This document shows, piece after piece, positions 9,576 through 16,681 of a DNA stretch of 20,000 bases. The notes beneath the pieces are model-generated. The model did not search any database and was not told the DNA's origin. It saw nothing but the letters and a program-made list of their open reading frames with translations. The stretch lies in IMG/VR virus record IMGVR_UViG_3300032309_002680, one strand, 5' to 3'. The DNA comes from an uncultured virus (IMG/VR IMGVR_UViG_3300032309_002680) (lineage: Duplodnaviria > Heunggongvirae > Uroviricota > Caudoviricetes). Every line of letters starts with the position of its first letter. The first letter of the stretch is position 1. The position numbers were made by a program, and so were the translations under genes.

Positions 9576-9886
9576 TGTCAGAAAAATCAGAAGCAAAAAG
9601 AGATGGTGCAAAGCAGCAAAAAAATAGTGGACGTGGGGATTACCAAAAAGGGGATGCTCAATGGGGCAATTTTGTGGTAGATTATAAAGAATATGAAAAA
9701 ACAATTTCTGTTTCCAAAGATATGTGGGCTAAGATATGCACAGATACATTTAAGGTAAATAGAGACAAGCACCCAGTACTTAAACTTGTTCTGGGATCTT
9801 CTGGCAATAAAGTAAGGCTTGCAGTAATTGAATGGTCATTGTTAGAACAACTAATAGAATCTGGAGAAGCTCATGGGATCAAATAA
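9575..9886 (+). CDS. Holliday junction resolvase-like PD-(D/E)xK nuclease (Hjc-type), 103 aa
   Basis: N-terminal E (SEKSE), NSGRG, KGD, VVDYKE. Start reassigned to ATG 9575 (TAATG overlap) rather than 9473. Confidence 0.7.
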   Translation: MSEKSEAKRDGAKQQKNSGRGDYQKGDAQWGNFVVDYKEYEKTISVSKDMWAKICTDTFKVNRDKHPVLKLVLGSSGNKVRLAVIEWSLLEQLIESGEAHGIK

Positions 9887-10010
9887 CAAAATTCCTTTTA
9901 ATCCTACTGTTATTAAAAACGGTAGAATTATTAGAATTAGAAAAGACGGAACAATAAAGGCCGATCTTGGGCCAGTTAAATCAAATAAAAAGAAGATTAA
10001 GCATGTCTGA
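9873..10010 (+). CDS. Small basic protein, 45 aa, not in ORF track: MGSNNKIPFNPTVIKNGRIIRIRKDGTIKADLGPVKSNKKKIKHV
   Basis: Translated manually; GGAG SD at 9863-9866; overlaps both neighbours and fills the gap exactly. Confidence 0.75.
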   Translation: MGSNNKIPFNPTVIKNGRIIRIRKDGTIKADLGPVKSNKKKIKHV

Positions 10011-10341
10011 GGATAAAAATACTCTTGAGTTAATTAGCTCAATTACAGAATTTAATGACCTTCATGAATACATGAGCGATGAACAGCTAGACAAGGCTTT
10101 GTCAATTGTGGTAAAATTATTAATGAATCCAGATGTGCCTTCTGCCAAAGCACCATATTTGATTATAGAGCTTCAAGCAATGTCAACTAAGTTTTCAATG
10201 ATGGCTTCAGTTTATTCCACTATTGCAAAGGATAAGGCAGGCTCAGTTAATAATAATAAAAAGAACATTTATTATTCAGCAAAAGAGTCTATAGACAAAT
10301 TGGTAGATGCACTTAAATATGTAGTGAGGTATAATTCATGA
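10003..10341 (+). CDS. Phage hypothetical helical protein, 112 aa
   Basis: Start reassigned to ATG 10003 (MSEDKNTLE), which overlaps the upstream small ORF by 8 nt. Confidence 0.75.
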   Translation: MSEDKNTLELISSITEFNDLHEYMSDEQLDKALSIVVKLLMNPDVPSAKAPYLIIELQAMSTKFSMMASVYSTIAKDKAGSVNNNKKNIYYSAKESIDKLVDALKYVVRYNS

Positions 10342-10472
10342 AAAAGGCTTGGGCTTTAATTACGATATCCGCAACAGCGATCCTTTCAGGTTTAGCGTTA
10401 TCTAAATTTTTAAAATGGGTTGGGCAAGAAGAAGTTTTTGACTTTGACCTAAGTGATGATGTGGTAGACTAA
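10338..10472 (+). CDS. Small membrane protein, 44 aa, not in ORF track: MKKAWALITISATAILSGLALSKFLKWVGQEEVFDFDLSDDVVD
   Basis: ATGA overlap with the upstream stop; one hydrophobic N-terminal helix and an acidic tail. Confidence 0.65.
   Translation: MKKAWALITISATAILSGLALSKFLKWVGQEEVFDFDLSDDVVD
10462..10470 (+). promoter_or_regulatory. Extended -10 promoter (TGgTAGACT), probably leaderless for 10476
   Basis: TGnTAGACT ends 5 nt before ATG 10476; no SD. Confidence 0.55.
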
Positions 10473-10475
10473 TAT

Positions 10476-11672
10476 ATGAAAACATTTTTGGCACAAGAGA
10501 AGTATCCAAAATATAAAAATATGATTAACAGCCAGACACATGTACCAGGACAAGATTTCTACCCAGTTTTAATTAAAAATCTTTTAACTGCCGATGAGTT
10601 AAAGGACCTTCAAGACATTTATGATAATTTTCCAGCAGATCAAATTAAAGTTCAGACCTACTCTGCTCACGCTAGTATTTATCCTACCCTTAAAAATAAA
10701 GAAGATATTATAAAAAGAGTTGAAAAATTAGCAAGCGAGGCTGTTGGAGAAGAGCTGGTAGTGCTAGATATTGAGGGGGCAAGGTATAGCAGAGAGTTTG
10801 GTTGGGAAGCAAAATTAGGTCCGCACTATGACGCAAGGCCAGTAGAAATGTATGTTTTAGATTTTCATGTTAAATCTAATGAAGATTGGAAATTAATTTT
10901 TGAATGTGATGAGTTTACCTTTGGAGACAATGAAGGATTACTGTTTAGCGGAACTGGAACAGTTCACTGGAGAGACCCCATACGAATTAGAGATGATTCA
11001 AGAATCGATTTGCTATTTTTCTGGTTGCAACACAAAAATCCTAGACCAATTTCTGATCAACATTCAAAAAATATGAAAGAAAGAGAAAAATTCTTTTTGT
11101 CAAACATTAATCCAGTCAGGCCATTATCAAAAGATCAGTGGTGGAAACCAATTAAGATATCAGAAGCTGCTGAAAAACATCCACATTATCAAAAAATAAG
11201 CGCAGAAATTTTCAATCCAATTATTCAAAATGAAATTTATATGCACCCTATTTTTAATCAAGAAAAAGAAATGATTTATTCATCTTGTAAAATAAAAAAT
11301 AATGAAATTGTCTCTGTTAATTTAGACGAAAATATGACAAAAAAGATTTCAGAAAAGATGTTGCACATATATACGGAATCTTCTATTAAATTTTTTGATA
11401 GTTGTGTAATTAGATTGTCTAATATAGATGATAGTTTAAGCAAAATATTTCATAAAGAAATAGAAGACGGTCAAGATTTTGTATCTATAATGTTTCCCAT
11501 GTCAGAAGATGGTGAAATAAAGCTTGATATTGATGGCAAGGAATTTGTAATTAAACATGCATATTGTGTTACATTTTCTCAAAATAAACAAAACGTAATT
11601 GTAAAAAGCATAAATTCTCCAATAGATTTACTTGTTTGCAGTTTTAAAATAAACAAAAGGGATAATCAGTAA
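10476..11672 (+). CDS. 2OG-Fe(II) oxygenase-fold protein with a tandem, degenerate second domain
   Basis: N-domain has HxD (GPHYD), distal His (VHWR) and a DSBH beta-strand pattern. The C-terminal half repeats these segments but lacks the distal His. Confidence 0.65.
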   Translation: MKTFLAQEKYPKYKNMINSQTHVPGQDFYPVLIKNLLTADELKDLQDIYDNFPADQIKVQTYSAHASIYPTLKNKEDIIKRVEKLASEAVGEELVVLDIEGARYSREFGWEAKLGPHYDARPVEMYVLDFHVKSNEDWKLIFECDEFTFGDNEGLLFSGTGTVHWRDPIRIRDDSRIDLLFFWLQHKNPRPISDQHSKNMKEREKFFLSNINPVRPLSKDQWWKPIKISEAAEKHPHYQKISAEIFNPIIQNEIYMHPIFNQEKEMIYSSCKIKNNEIVSVNLDENMTKKISEKMLHIYTESSIKFFDSCVIRLSNIDDSLSKIFHKEIEDGQDFVSIMFPMSEDGEIKLDIDGKEFVIKHAYCVTFSQNKQNVIVKSINSPIDLLVCSFKINKRDNQ

Positions 11673-11674
11673 TA

Positions 11675-12460
11675 ATGGGTAGAGATATTGTAAAGAACCT
11701 TAAATTCAAAAAACATACTGGTAAGCACTTCGATCCAGAAAAATTTGCTCAATTACTTGATGAGGCATATCGTAATACAAAAAGAGCAGATGGAGAGATG
11801 ACAAAAAAATCATTTAGTCCAAGCTCTCTAGGTTACGGGCATGGAACCTGTCCAAGATATTGGTATATGGCTTTTTCTGGTGCTATGTTTATTGATGATA
11901 ACGATGCAGTTGCGGTTGCCAATATGTCACAAGGAACACAGGCACACGAAAGACTTCAAAAGCTAATATCCACAATGCCTGAGTGGAAGGCCGAAGAAGA
12001 AGAAATTGTAAATGAGTATCCCCCAATTAGAGGATTTATAGATTTAATAATGGAATATGATGGCGAGACAGTCATTGGTGAAATTAAAACAGCAAAGCAA
12101 GAAGTCTGGGACGGAAGGCAATCAGAGATGAAGCCAACTCCAAACCATCTTTTACAGCTATTGACTTACATGAAACTTAAAAAAGCTAAAGAAGGATTTT
12201 TTCTATATGAGAATAAAAACACTCAGGAGCTTATAGTAATTCCAATTTCCATGAATGAAAAAAATACTGAAATTATTGAAGAAACATTTTTGTGGATGTG
12301 TGAAGTTTGGGATAACTTTAAAGATGGAGATCTTCCTATGAAACCAGCGGGAGCAACAAAATCCAAAATGCCTTGTACTTATTGCCCTGTAAAAAAGGAA
12401 TGCTACTCAGGACTAGTAGGAACAGTTCAAATAGAGTCCTATAAGGTTCCTAAATTATGA
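11675..12460 (+). CDS. Cas4-like PD-(D/E)xK exonuclease with 4-Cys Fe-S cluster (phage recombination nuclease)
   Basis: CPRYWY, GTQAH, GFIDLI...GEIKT, QLLTY, CTYCPVKKEC. Confidence 0.88.
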   Translation: MGRDIVKNLKFKKHTGKHFDPEKFAQLLDEAYRNTKRADGEMTKKSFSPSSLGYGHGTCPRYWYMAFSGAMFIDDNDAVAVANMSQGTQAHERLQKLISTMPEWKAEEEEIVNEYPPIRGFIDLIMEYDGETVIGEIKTAKQEVWDGRQSEMKPTPNHLLQLLTYMKLKKAKEGFFLYENKNTQELIVIPISMNEKNTEIIEETFLWMCEVWDNFKDGDLPMKPAGATKSKMPCTYCPVKKECYSGLVGTVQIESYKVPKL

Positions 12461-12735
12461 TATGCCAAAACAAAGAATGCTCAAAAGAATTTGAGCCAAA
12501 AACTCATAATCAAAAGTATCATAGCGATGAGTGTTGCAGAATGGCTACCAATAAAAGGATTATGGAGAAGTATTACGAGAAAAAATCTATAAAAAATGGT
12601 CTTGCTAGAAATTGCACAAAATGTAAAACTAAGCTAAGTAGATACAACAACTCAGATATTTGCTCTGTTTGTGAAAAAAATATTATAGAGCATAGCAAAA
12701 AAACAATATGGAACTTGCTAAATGAACTTAGCTAG
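12457..12735 (+). CDS. Cys-rich zinc-finger hypothetical protein, 92 aa
   Basis: C....C, H...C, CTKC and CSVC motifs; ATGA overlap with the upstream gene. Confidence 0.75.
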   Translation: MICQNKECSKEFEPKTHNQKYHSDECCRMATNKRIMEKYYEKKSIKNGLARNCTKCKTKLSRYNNSDICSVCEKNIIEHSKKTIWNLLNELS

Positions 12736-13288
12736 TTTAGTAAAATCAAAAGCAAATAGAGTACTTGGCATCGATGCCTCAACTACATCTATAGCCTTTT
12801 GTTTAATGGAAAACTCAGTTCCAATTAAATGGGGGAAAATAAATTTAGCAGGACAAGATATTTATGAAAAAATATACAATGCTAAAGTTAGAATGAATTT
12901 AATGTTAAAAGAATTAAAGAGTGATTATATTGCCGTTGAGGGGGCGATACTTGTCAGATCACCAGATGCTGTGATAAAATTATCTTATGTCTATGGGGTT
13001 GTTATTGCTGAGCTTATGTCTACTGGCGCTAAGGTTATTACTATTAGCCCATCCTCGTGGCAGGCATTCATTGGAAACAAGAATCCAACAAAAGATGAAA
13101 AATCTATTATAAGATTAGAAAATCCTGGGTACGCAGAGTCTTGGTATAAAAATCAATTAAGAAATATGCGTAAGCAAAGAACTGTAGATTATTTTAATAA
13201 TAAGTATAAACTAGAAATTAATGATTTTGACGTAGCTGATTCTTTTGGCATTGCGTACTACGCCAATAATGTATTGACAAAAAGATAG
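12722..13288 (+). CDS. RuvC-like Holliday junction resolvase
   Basis: VLGIDASTTS, IAVEG and DVADSFGIA carry the RNase H-fold catalytic acidic residues. Confidence 0.85.
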   Translation: MNLASLVKSKANRVLGIDASTTSIAFCLMENSVPIKWGKINLAGQDIYEKIYNAKVRMNLMLKELKSDYIAVEGAILVRSPDAVIKLSYVYGVVIAELMSTGAKVITISPSSWQAFIGNKNPTKDEKSIIRLENPGYAESWYKNQLRNMRKQRTVDYFNNKYKLEINDFDVADSFGIAYYANNVLTKR

Positions 13289-13302
13289 GTTTTATCTATA
13301 AT
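13274..13302 (+). promoter_or_regulatory. Consensus sigma70 promoter TTGACA-N17-TATAAT
   Basis: -35 at 13274-13279 and -10 at 13297-13302, exact consensus with 17-nt spacing; the -10 overlaps ATG 13301. Confidence 0.7.
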
Positions 13303-13447
13303 GAAACTATACCAAAGTCAAGAATGGCTATACCGAAGATACGTAGTTCAAAAAAAAAGTGTTACACAGATTGCTATTGAGTGTAAAACCTCTGCTATGA
13401 CCATACAGAGATATTTAACTAAATTCGAGTTGATTAAGAGGAGATAA
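13301..13447 (+). CDS. Small HTH DNA-binding protein, 48 aa, not in ORF track: MKLYQSQEWLYRRYVVQKKSVTQIAIECKTSAMTIQRYLTKFELIKRR
   Basis: Translated manually; SVTQIAIECKTSAMTIQRYL is a classic HTH pattern; TAATG coupling with the next gene. Confidence 0.8.
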   Translation: MKLYQSQEWLYRRYVVQKKSVTQIAIECKTSAMTIQRYLTKFELIKRR

Positions 13448-13770
13448 TGCTAAAGCCAGTATTTGAAGATGTAAAAGATTTTGCATGTACCGATCTATAC
13501 CTTAAATCAGTAGGGGCTCCAGCAGGAAATAAAATATGGGAAGCCTGTCATGAAATTGCCAGTATGTTAATTGAAAAGAATATATCTTATGGCAACTCAG
13601 CGTTAGAGCCTGCAAGAATATTTTCAACGGCGGATTCAAAAGAGCAATTAAAGGTCAGAATTGATGATAAATTAAATAGAGTAAGAAACAATAAAGGTTT
13701 TGCTGGGGATAATGACATAGATGATTTAATTGGATACTTGATATTATATAAAATAGCTAATTCTAATTGA
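13447..13770 (+). CDS. Nucleotide-modification-associated domain 1 (Nmad1/DUF1599-like, all-alpha) protein
   Basis: KNISYGNS, RIDDKLNR and DDLIGYLIL motifs; SD GAGGAG upstream. Confidence 0.7.
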   Translation: MLKPVFEDVKDFACTDLYLKSVGAPAGNKIWEACHEIASMLIEKNISYGNSALEPARIFSTADSKEQLKVRIDDKLNRVRNNKGFAGDNDIDDLIGYLILYKIANSN

Positions 13771-13795
13771 CATTTCAGTCAACTAAAAGTATACT
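13767..13795 (+). promoter_or_regulatory. Promoter TTGACA-N17-TATACT for the terminase operon, with an inverted repeat over the -35
   Basis: -35 at 13767-13772, -10 at 13790-13795, ATG 13804 8 nt later with no SD; TTGAC-N6-GTCAA palindrome at 13767-13782. Confidence 0.7.
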
Positions 13796-13803
13796 TATGA
13801 CAT

Positions 13804-14340
13804 ATGGAAATTGAATTATCTGATCATTTTGATCGAATGAATAAAGTAGTTGAAGAACTTTTAAAAGGAAGTAATCCTACTCAAATATCTTCATTGACTG
13901 GCTTTAAAAGAGCTGAGGTCGTTGAGTATATAGATGAGTGGAAGTCTATTGTTAAAAATGACTCTACTTCTAGAGATAGAGCAAAAGAAGCTGTTTCTGG
14001 CGCAGACCAACATTATGCAATGCTTATTAAAGAAGCTTGGAAAACTGTAGATGATGCAGATCAGCAAGGTCAATTAAACGTAAAGGCTACTGCGTTAAAA
14101 TTAATTGCTGACATAGAGACAAAAAGAATTGCAATGTTGCAACAAATTGGATTACTAGATAATCAAGAAATTGCAGATCAAATTGCAGAAACAGAAAGAA
14201 AGCAAGATGTTTTAGTTTCAATATTAAGGGATGTTGCGAAGGACTACCCAGATATAAGAAGAGAAATTATGAAAAGACTTTCGCAAATAACTGGAGTGGT
14301 TGAACCTATAGAGATAATAGAGTCCAAGAATGTCATTTGA
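13804..14340 (+). CDS. HTH-containing helical protein, putative terminase small subunit
   Basis: N-terminal HTH (NPTQISSLTGFKRAEVVEYI), coiled-coil body, 11-nt overlap with the terL start. Confidence 0.6.
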   Translation: MEIELSDHFDRMNKVVEELLKGSNPTQISSLTGFKRAEVVEYIDEWKSIVKNDSTSRDRAKEAVSGADQHYAMLIKEAWKTVDDADQQGQLNVKATALKLIADIETKRIAMLQQIGLLDNQEIADQIAETERKQDVLVSILRDVAKDYPDIRREIMKRLSQITGVVEPIEIIESKNVI

Positions 14341-16129
14341 TTTTTCTGATATCATTGACATGCTTGATGGCGAAGAGTTTGACGAAAAGCCAGTATCGCT
14401 AAGAGATTTTGTAACTGATGAAAAATATCTAGGTCTACCAGAACTTTCAGAATATCAATACACATTAATTGAAAAAAGCTCACAGGTGTATAAAGAGTCT
14501 ACTTTAATAAAACTTTTTGGAGAAGAAGAAGGACATAGAATGTTTAAGCAAACTGCCAACGAGGTAGTTGCTCAGCTAGGAAAAGGATCTGGAAAAGACT
14601 ACTGCTCAACAATTGCAGTTTCGTATATTGTATATCTATTGCTTTGCTTAAAAGACCCCGCGTCTTATTACGGAAAACCTCCTGGCGATTCGATAGACAT
14701 TATCAATATTGCCATTAACGCCCAGCAAGCAAGCAACGTATTCTTTAAAGGGTTTAGAACTAGAATTGACAAGTCCCCATGGTTTGTTGGAAAATACTCT
14801 GAAAAAGCTTCTGAAATAAAATTTAATAAAAATATAACCGTACACTCTGGACACTCTGAGCGTGAGGCTTGGGAAGGCTATAACGTAATAGTAGTTATCC
14901 TAGATGAGATATCTGGATTTAGTGTTGAAAATACTACTGGGCATGAGCAGGCAAAAACAGGAAGCCTTATTTATGAAATGTATCGTGCTTCCGTAGACTC
15001 TAGATTTCCAGACTATGGCAAGGTAATTTTGCTATCTTTTCCAAGATATAAAAATGACTACATCCAGCAAAGATATGATGATGTTGTGGCAGACAAAGAA
15101 GTTGTAGTTAGATCTCATAGATTTAAATTAGAAAAAGATCTACCAGATGGAACTGCGGGTAATGAATTTGATATAGAGTGGGAAGAAGATAATATTATTT
15201 CTTATAAGTACCCAGGAATGTACGCACTTCGAAGGCCAACATGGGAAGTTAATCCTACAAGAAGTATAGAGGATTTCAAAATAGCTTTTTACAAGAACGC
15301 ACCAGATGCTCTTGGAAGATTTGCATGTATGCCTTCAGAAGCAATAGATGCATTTTTTAAATCAAGAGAAAAAATTGAAAAATCATTTAGTAATTTAGGA
15401 GTAGCTGTAGATCAATTTGGAAGATTTGAAGATTGGTTTGCACCAGATCCAGATAAAGAATATTTTATTCATGTTGACCTTGCTCAAAAGCACGATCATT
15501 GTGCTGTTGCAATGTCTCACGTTCAAAAATGGGTTAACATAAAAGTAACAGATACATATTCTCAGCCTGCACCAATAGTTGAAGTAGATGCCGTAAGATT
15601 TTGGACGCCAACTCCAGATAAATCAGTAGACTTTACTGAGGTTAAGGATTACATATTGTCTTTAAAAACTAAAGGATTTAAAATTAGGTTATGCACTTTT
15701 GATAGATGGAATTCTCACGACATGATGCAACAATTAAAGCAGTATGGAATAAACACAGAATTGTTATCTGTTGCTAAAAAACATTATGACGACATGGCAA
15801 TGGTGGTCTTAGAAGAAAGATTAAAAGGACCGCACATTCCTTTACTTATAGATGAATTGTTACAGCTAAGAATTATGAGGGATAAGGTAGACCATCCAAG
15901 AAAAGGATCAAAAGATTTAGCAGATGCTGTTTGTGGTTCAATATTTAATGCTATATCTCATACAAGGTTTGATACAAATCAAGAAATAAAAATACATAAC
16001 TACGAGTCAATGAGTTATGATAATGATTTTGGAGTTGCAAAAGAAGAAGAGTACGTTCAAAATATGATAAGAGCTCCCCGAATACCACAAGAGCTCAAGG
16101 AAGCAATGGATAGGATGATGATAATATGA
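14330..16129 (+). CDS. terL: Terminase large subunit
   Basis: Walker A GKGSGKD, Walker B VVILDE, coupling motif LLSFPR, nuclease motifs HVDLA..HD, TFDRW and KDLADA. Confidence 0.92.
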   Translation: MSFDFSDIIDMLDGEEFDEKPVSLRDFVTDEKYLGLPELSEYQYTLIEKSSQVYKESTLIKLFGEEEGHRMFKQTANEVVAQLGKGSGKDYCSTIAVSYIVYLLLCLKDPASYYGKPPGDSIDIINIAINAQQASNVFFKGFRTRIDKSPWFVGKYSEKASEIKFNKNITVHSGHSEREAWEGYNVIVVILDEISGFSVENTTGHEQAKTGSLIYEMYRASVDSRFPDYGKVILLSFPRYKNDYIQQRYDDVVADKEVVVRSHRFKLEKDLPDGTAGNEFDIEWEEDNIISYKYPGMYALRRPTWEVNPTRSIEDFKIAFYKNAPDALGRFACMPSEAIDAFFKSREKIEKSFSNLGVAVDQFGRFEDWFAPDPDKEYFIHVDLAQKHDHCAVAMSHVQKWVNIKVTDTYSQPAPIVEVDAVRFWTPTPDKSVDFTEVKDYILSLKTKGFKIRLCTFDRWNSHDMMQQLKQYGINTELLSVAKKHYDDMAMVVLEERLKGPHIPLLIDELLQLRIMRDKVDHPRKGSKDLADAVCGSIFNAISHTRFDTNQEIKIHNYESMSYDNDFGVAKEEEYVQNMIRAPRIPQELKEAMDRMMII

Positions 16130-16365
16130 GCATGTATCAAGAAAAAGCAAAAGAATGTATATGTTGTGGAAAGCATGTTCCGCTTCCTATTGTTCTTAAA
16201 GACTACAATGGTGTAAAAGTTTGTCCAACAACTTATTACAATATAAAAGAATATTCCCGTATCTGGACCAGTATTGGATCAAGACCTACTGGAGGTATCA
16301 GAAAGCATTTTTCGGAATATGTACAATCTTTAGTTGAAATAGAAAAAAGCAATGAATCTTTTTGA
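16126..16365 (+). CDS. Hypothetical protein with Cys motifs, 79 aa
   Basis: CICC...VCP; ATGA overlap with terL. Confidence 0.7.
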   Translation: MSMYQEKAKECICCGKHVPLPIVLKDYNGVKVCPTTYYNIKEYSRIWTSIGSRPTGGIRKHFSEYVQSLVEIEKSNESF

Positions 16366-16681
16366 AGAAGATGACTCTGCTTTGTTTAAACACTATGTAG
16401 AAATTGGTGCAATAGATTTTGTTGGAGTAGAAAAAAATGGAGAAGCTATTTATAAAGTAAATGAAATTGCTAAAGATATTGCTCCAGAATTATGGAAAGC
16501 TCATACAGATTACATTGATGAAACATTAATTGGGCTATACAAAGAAAATTTAATTTCTGTTTCCTATAACGAAAATCTAGAAGCTACTTTTAGCGCAACT
16601 CCAGAAGGCCTAAAGCGTTTAAAAAAACACTATGGAATTGTTCCAGAAAGAGATCCTAAAGATGATAATTCTTGGGGTTAA
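16352..16681 (+). CDS. Phage hypothetical protein, 109 aa
   Basis: Overlaps both neighbours; no recognised motif. Confidence 0.7.
   Translation: MNLFEEDDSALFKHYVEIGAIDFVGVEKNGEAIYKVNEIAKDIAPELWKAHTDYIDETLIGLYKENLISVSYNENLEATFSATPEGLKRLKKHYGIVPERDPKDDNSWG

Noticed and set aside
10330..10335. TATAAT as the promoter for the 44-aa peptide
   Set aside because: Only 2 nt from the ATG, with no properly placed TG extension or good -35, so it cannot give a transcript containing that start.
11675..12460. Cas4-like gene as evidence of a CRISPR-Cas system
   Set aside because: No repeat-spacer array or other cas genes in the window; solo Cas4-like exonucleases are common in phage recombination modules.
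12722..13288. RuvC domain as TnpB/Cas12 or a transposase
   Set aside because: Only 188 aa with a plain resolvase layout; no Zn-ribbon/REC domains, IS ends or room for a guide RNA.
1950..16661. Longest-ORF starts at 1950, 3966, 9381, 9473, 9967 and 16632
   Set aside because: Downstream ATGs (2001, 3984, 9384, 9575, 10003, 16662) fit SD sites, stop/start coupling or family N-termini better.
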